Source: Lytechinus pictus (Eukaryota). Taken from it: DNA of 64,000 bases. The stretch covers positions 16,182,001-16,246,000 of the forward strand of contig NC_087262.1 in assembly GCF_037042905.1 (NCBI RefSeq), given 5' to 3'. Position numbers and translations under genes: made by a program. Every line of letters begins with the position of its first letter. Position 1 is the first letter of the stretch. The notes under the pieces were generated by a model that was given only the letters and a program-made list of their open reading frames with translations, had not been told where the DNA came from and did no database searches. This document shows positions 59,713-64,000 of the stretch, piece by piece.

Positions 59713-60701
59713 CTCCTATGACGTCATGAATCAAAATCTTTAAATTCAAGTAAATTTCAATCTTTAGATCTAATGGATTTTCCTCAAAGTCGAACCTTCT
59801 TCCCTTCATCAATATTTTTTTTGGGGTATTTTTACATCAAACTTTTCATCAGGCTTGGGGTGAACTTCACCTTAACTCTTCAACAAGACTTTTTCTGTGT
59901 TGAGAATATAATTTGAAATAATCAACATCAGTCCAATGTTAGGTGTGTATATTTACCCCCCCCCCTCTTTATAACATTATAAAAGCCATCTTGTCTTCAA
60001 GACCCCACCCCCCCCCCCCCCAAAAAAAAAAAAAAATTGTCTGACCTGAGAAGCCTCTTTCTGCCCGGCCTGGCAGTTACTTCCAGTGGCACTGACAAAG
60101 TGAGATTCAGTCAAGTAGATTTCTATTAGTATTAGTTCTAGGTCTAAACTCTAATTTCAAAGGTTATTTATCATGTTTATCTAGAAATTACAGGAAATCA
60201 TTATGAGTTATAAAGCAGTTAGAATTCTGAACTTGATAATAATATTGATGATAAAGATTAAAGGCCAGGACCATGACATGGCAATGACATTGTCATTGCA
60301 CCGCAGTGACAAATGCAAATGCAGCAGGCATCATGCAACGGTGCCCTGCACCGTACGTCGCGGCTACAGTCCCGTGATCCACAGTGCCATGTCCCACTCA
60401 CTCTCACGTGAAGTCATTTCATTCATTGTATGGAAGATGTAAATTGGGCCAGAAAAAATGAATTAAAGCAAATCATGACTACAAACAGGAAAGGAATATA
60501 TATTAGCATATCATACACCTTTTAATACCAGAGGTTAATAATCATACATCATTTTAAGTATTAAATTGCACCTTTGGAAAGATCAGGAAGGAAATCATTC
60601 GACATAAAATTCGACGCACATCATGCAACACCGGCACAATCATGAAAACGTGCATTTCACACCATAACAATGGTAAAATAAAACAAAATCACCAAACTCA
60701 C

Positions 60702-60850
60702 CTTGCACAAGTAGAATAATTTCCTGTCCCTCGTGAAACCCTATTTTTTCATCGGTATTTGGAATTATGCTGCTTCCTTACAATCAAAAACCGAAAAAAA
60801 TATTAAAATGGGGCTCATGAAATTCGGGCAATATTGTTGCACATGTATTC
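60702..60850 (-). other. G3BP: Probable non-coding 5' exon of G3BP (5' boundary approximate)
   Basis: Consensus donor CAAG|GTGAGT at 60702/60701; the first coding exon has an acceptor only 10 nt upstream of the ATG, so an upstream exon is needed. Confidence 0.55.
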
Positions 60851-60909
60851 ACAGTGCGCAAACTGAACTGATTTCACAGTTTCTCTGCGCACAATTTCCC
60901 TGAGAGTCA

Positions 60910-61023
60910 GGCGGGAAACCCGACAGACCCTGCGCGATCTCATAATGGGCCATGCAAGAGCACAAATCGGAGTTGGAATGATTTCCACACCATATACAAA
61001 GACCCAAGTTAAAAATGACGTAA
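60910..61023. promoter_or_regulatory. Putative G3BP promoter motifs: E2F-like GGCGGGAAA (60910-60918) and CRE/ATF-like TGACGTAA (61016-61023)
   Basis: Motif matches just upstream of the putative first exon; no functional evidence. Confidence 0.3.
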
Positions 61024-61681
61024 TTTCCTGAAAAAGTGAGGCGTAGTAAATAAACAAAGAAGATCAAGTAAGAAGTAAACAATGGATAGGAAATTGATAA
61101 TTCGTGACTTAATTACATTGTCACCGGTACAACTTTTACCCCAACAACTAGATAAATATGCAGCAAGCTGAAAAAGTGGAAATCCATGTCGAATTTCAAC
61201 AAAATCGAAATCGGATTCTGAGAGGCTTTTAAGTGACCCCAACCCACCCTTTTTTCTTTGGTGGTAATTTCTTCGTATACTTCTTTATGGAATCTAAGGC
61301 TTGATCAACGTTCCTCTTGGTAATTGGTGGTAATTGCCCTGGTGGTAATGGGGGCAAATAGGCAGGGGCTAGTGTACGTAGGCCTAGTACGCAGATCATT
61401 ATTTAGATGGAAAAGAAGAAGAAGAAGAAAGTAGAAGGGAAAAATTTATTCTTCTTCGATCCGTATTGTTATTATCATTATTGTTGTTGTTACTATGATT
61501 ATTAAAATGATATAGCCTGGTGTTGTGCCTATTGTAATCATTCGTTGGGAGAGGGGCAAAGCAAATTTCCCGGCCCCCTCAAAATTCGAAAAGCAGGGGG
61601 TCGATCCCGGCCCTATATAAAAACCAAAATTTAATTCACAAAATCGCCGAACATATACCCTCTCGCTAGGGAAGTTTTTAA

Positions 61682-62280
61682 AGGACAAGTCCACCCCATC
61701 AAAAAGTTGATTTGAATAAAAAGAGAAAAATCCAACAAGCATAACGCTGAAAATTTCATCAAAATCGGATGTATTATATGAAAGTTATGACATTTTTAAG
61801 TTTCGGTCAATTTCACAAAACAGTTATATGCACATACCGGTTGGTATGCAAATGAGGGAACTGATGACAGTGATCACTCACTCACTATTTCTTTTGTATT
61901 TTATTATATGAATTATTCTAATTTTCTCCCCATTGTCCTGTGAAACAAAGTTTATTTCTCCCTGAACATGTGGAATTAACCATAATATTTCATGGTTCAG
62001 TCAAGTTGCTCCTTATTGTCAAATCTATAAAAATTTAAATATTGTAGGCCCTATAATTCAAACAATAAAAAAATAGAAATAGTGAGTGAGAGACATCATC
62101 GATTCTCCCATTTGCAAGTGACTAAATTGTGCATATAACTATTTTGTGGAAAATAAGCGAAACCGTTCAAAAATGTCATGAACTTTCTTATTTTACATCC
62201 GATAAATTTTCAGCATAGTGCTTGTCTGATTGTTCTCTATTGATTCAAATCAACGTTTTTTTTTCAGGTGGACTTGACCT
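61682..62280. mobile_element. Kolobok-like MITE
   Basis: TTAA|AGGACAAGTCCACCCC ... GGTGGACTTGACCT. Confidence 0.85.
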
Positions 62281-62502
62281 TTATTATGTAGTCGGTGGCT
62301 ACACGGGACAGCAGCTGGAGGGCTAGATTTTTTTTTATCCCGGCGGTATGGCGACTGATCAGTTGATTTTGACGATTGATCACAATTAATACACAATAAT
62401 CTATGTATTTAAAGAGCTTCAAACTGATGAATAATGTATTCAATTACAGAAATCAGCCATAAGGTCGATATAAGCTATATTGTAACCGGTTGTGTCTATA
62501 TG

Positions 62503-63850
62503 CAGTGCGTATCAAAAAAAGGTTTACACTTAGAAAAAATCCTGTAAAATTATACAAATTTTGTAATATCCTGAAGATTTTTCCACAATTTAACTTTGGT
62601 ACGGATCCATTTAAGCAAATGACGATAAAATTATGACTGTCGAAAAATATTTCCGCTTGAGTGAGCATTACTTACTTTTGAAAAGTTAGTGAAAAATGAT
62701 TTGCGCAGAACTTTGAAATAGTTATGCGAATAAAAGTAGACCTTAATCATGAATAACACGTGGAATTTAGCTAGTAATATTTTGAAGATATCTTTTACCT
62801 TTTTTTAACTTGTTTCCTTGCCCAAACCACTTTGAGGAGTGCATTGCGCCCACTAGCGTACCTAAGGGGGGGGGGGGGGGAGGGGCAGACTACCCCCCTG
62901 ACCGACGAGTCACAACTCATGCAAAGGACGTATCCCTGCCCCCCCTGACGAGTCAAAACTGATCCCTGACGAGCCACAAGTGGCCCCCTCCTTTGAACTT
63001 GAAGACCTTTTTTTTTTTGCTTGTCAAATTTTTTTCTGGTGCGAAATGTCCTTTACTTGTGGTTGAAGACCTTTTTTTTTTTTTGCTTGTCAATTTATTT
63101 ATGGTGCGAAATGTCCTTTACTTGTGGTTGAAGACCTTTCTTTTTTTTTTGCTTGTCAAATTTTTTGGCGGACGAATTTGCCCCCACCTTTGGAAAATCC
63201 TAGGTACGCCACTGATTGCGCTCCACCCCACCACACATCGAGGCCATTGTGACGATATTTGCTTTATACTTGATTTACATAAAATGGCTGAGGCTTGATT
63301 TTCATTTTGTTAATTATTTTCAAGCTTGGGAAAAGTGTGGAGAAACAAGTGTTAAATTTAAAAAAATATATAAACCCACTTTAAATGATAAAAACTTAGT
63401 AAAAAATGCTAGAGATGTCTGGTATAAACTTTTGTTCAGATCCAGTTATGTCCTCAGATCCAGCTGACACAAAAAGGGTAAAGGTTGTGTTTACTAAGTG
63501 TTGAAATATCAATTTGGGTGGCAAAATTGTTAGAAAATGTATACGTTTTATTTCAATTGACTAAAAGTGCAAGGGAAATGAATGAGAAATGTTTCGCAGG
63601 GTAAGTTTTGATTTCGCCCTTTCCCCTTGACACAGCGTACAAACGAGCATTTCTGCGCAAACAGATTTCTGCGAGCTTTACAAAAAAGGACAGTGCTCAC
63701 TCAAGTGTAACATTCTGTCAAAACTTTTACTTTCATTGGATAAATGAGACCCAAACCCAAGATTATATGTGAAAAAAATTACCCACACGTTGTATATTTT
63801 CTAATTCCCAGGGCTTTTTCAAAGTGTAAACTGTTTTTTGATACGCACTG
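62503..63850. mobile_element. Tc1/mariner-type non-autonomous element
   Basis: TIR CAGTGCGTATCAAAAAA..GTTTACACTT / AAGTGTAAACTGTTTTTTGATACGCACTG|TA. Confidence 0.8.
62851..63214. mobile_element. hAT-like MITE nested in the Tc1-type element, with an internal ~67-bp tandem repeat
   Basis: TSD ATTGCGCC/ATTGCGCT; TIR CACTAGCGTACCTA / TAGGTACGCCACTG; TTGAAGACC(T)nGCTTGTCAA unit x3. Confidence 0.8.
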
Positions 63851-64000
63851 TAGAGGGGTATCCTTCCACTCATTATCCCGGCCCAAAATTTCCAGAGTTT
63901 CGGTACTAAAAAAAGTAATAAAAACGAGAAAAATTGTCAGTACTATACTGGTCGTACATTTATGCTCAAGTTGATTGTCATCTTGCCTCTACTTGCGCTT

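Noticed and set aside
62995-63170. Regularly spaced repeats resembling a CRISPR array
   Set aside because: The spacers are themselves repeated, the context is eukaryotic and there are no cas genes; it is an internal minisatellite of a MITE.

Overview
Eukaryotic, AT-rich, intron-containing genomic DNA. The repeat types suggest an invertebrate deuterostome, probably a sea urchin (inference). Four spliced protein-coding genes can be rebuilt exon by exon with GT-AG sites and consistent phases: UBE2D/Ubc4-5 (+, 6 exons, 147 aa), DNAJC12 (-, 4 exons, 169 aa), an unrecognised 142-aa charged helical protein (-, 3 exons) with an RFX X-box-like motif upstream, and G3BP/Rasputin (-, 9 coding exons, 567 aa). 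Introns and intergenic DNA are packed with non-autonomous DNA transposons (TTAA-, TA-, CAG-, 4-bp-, 8-bp- and 9-bp-TSD classes), tRNA-derived SINEs and CR1/L2 3' fragments, often nested. Most notable: (i) the orphan candidate ciliary gene; (ii) a near-perfect ~675-bp inverted duplication bracketing the in-frame-skippable UBE2D exons 2-3; (iii) a young 1084-bp CAG...CTG element with variable 4-bp TSDs, present twice, with an empty-site copy inside the window; (iv) a ~1.7-kb foldback element in a G3BP intron; (v) a six-element nested insertion at 2.2-5.1 kb. Nearly all short ORFs in the supplied track are spurious or repeat-derived.
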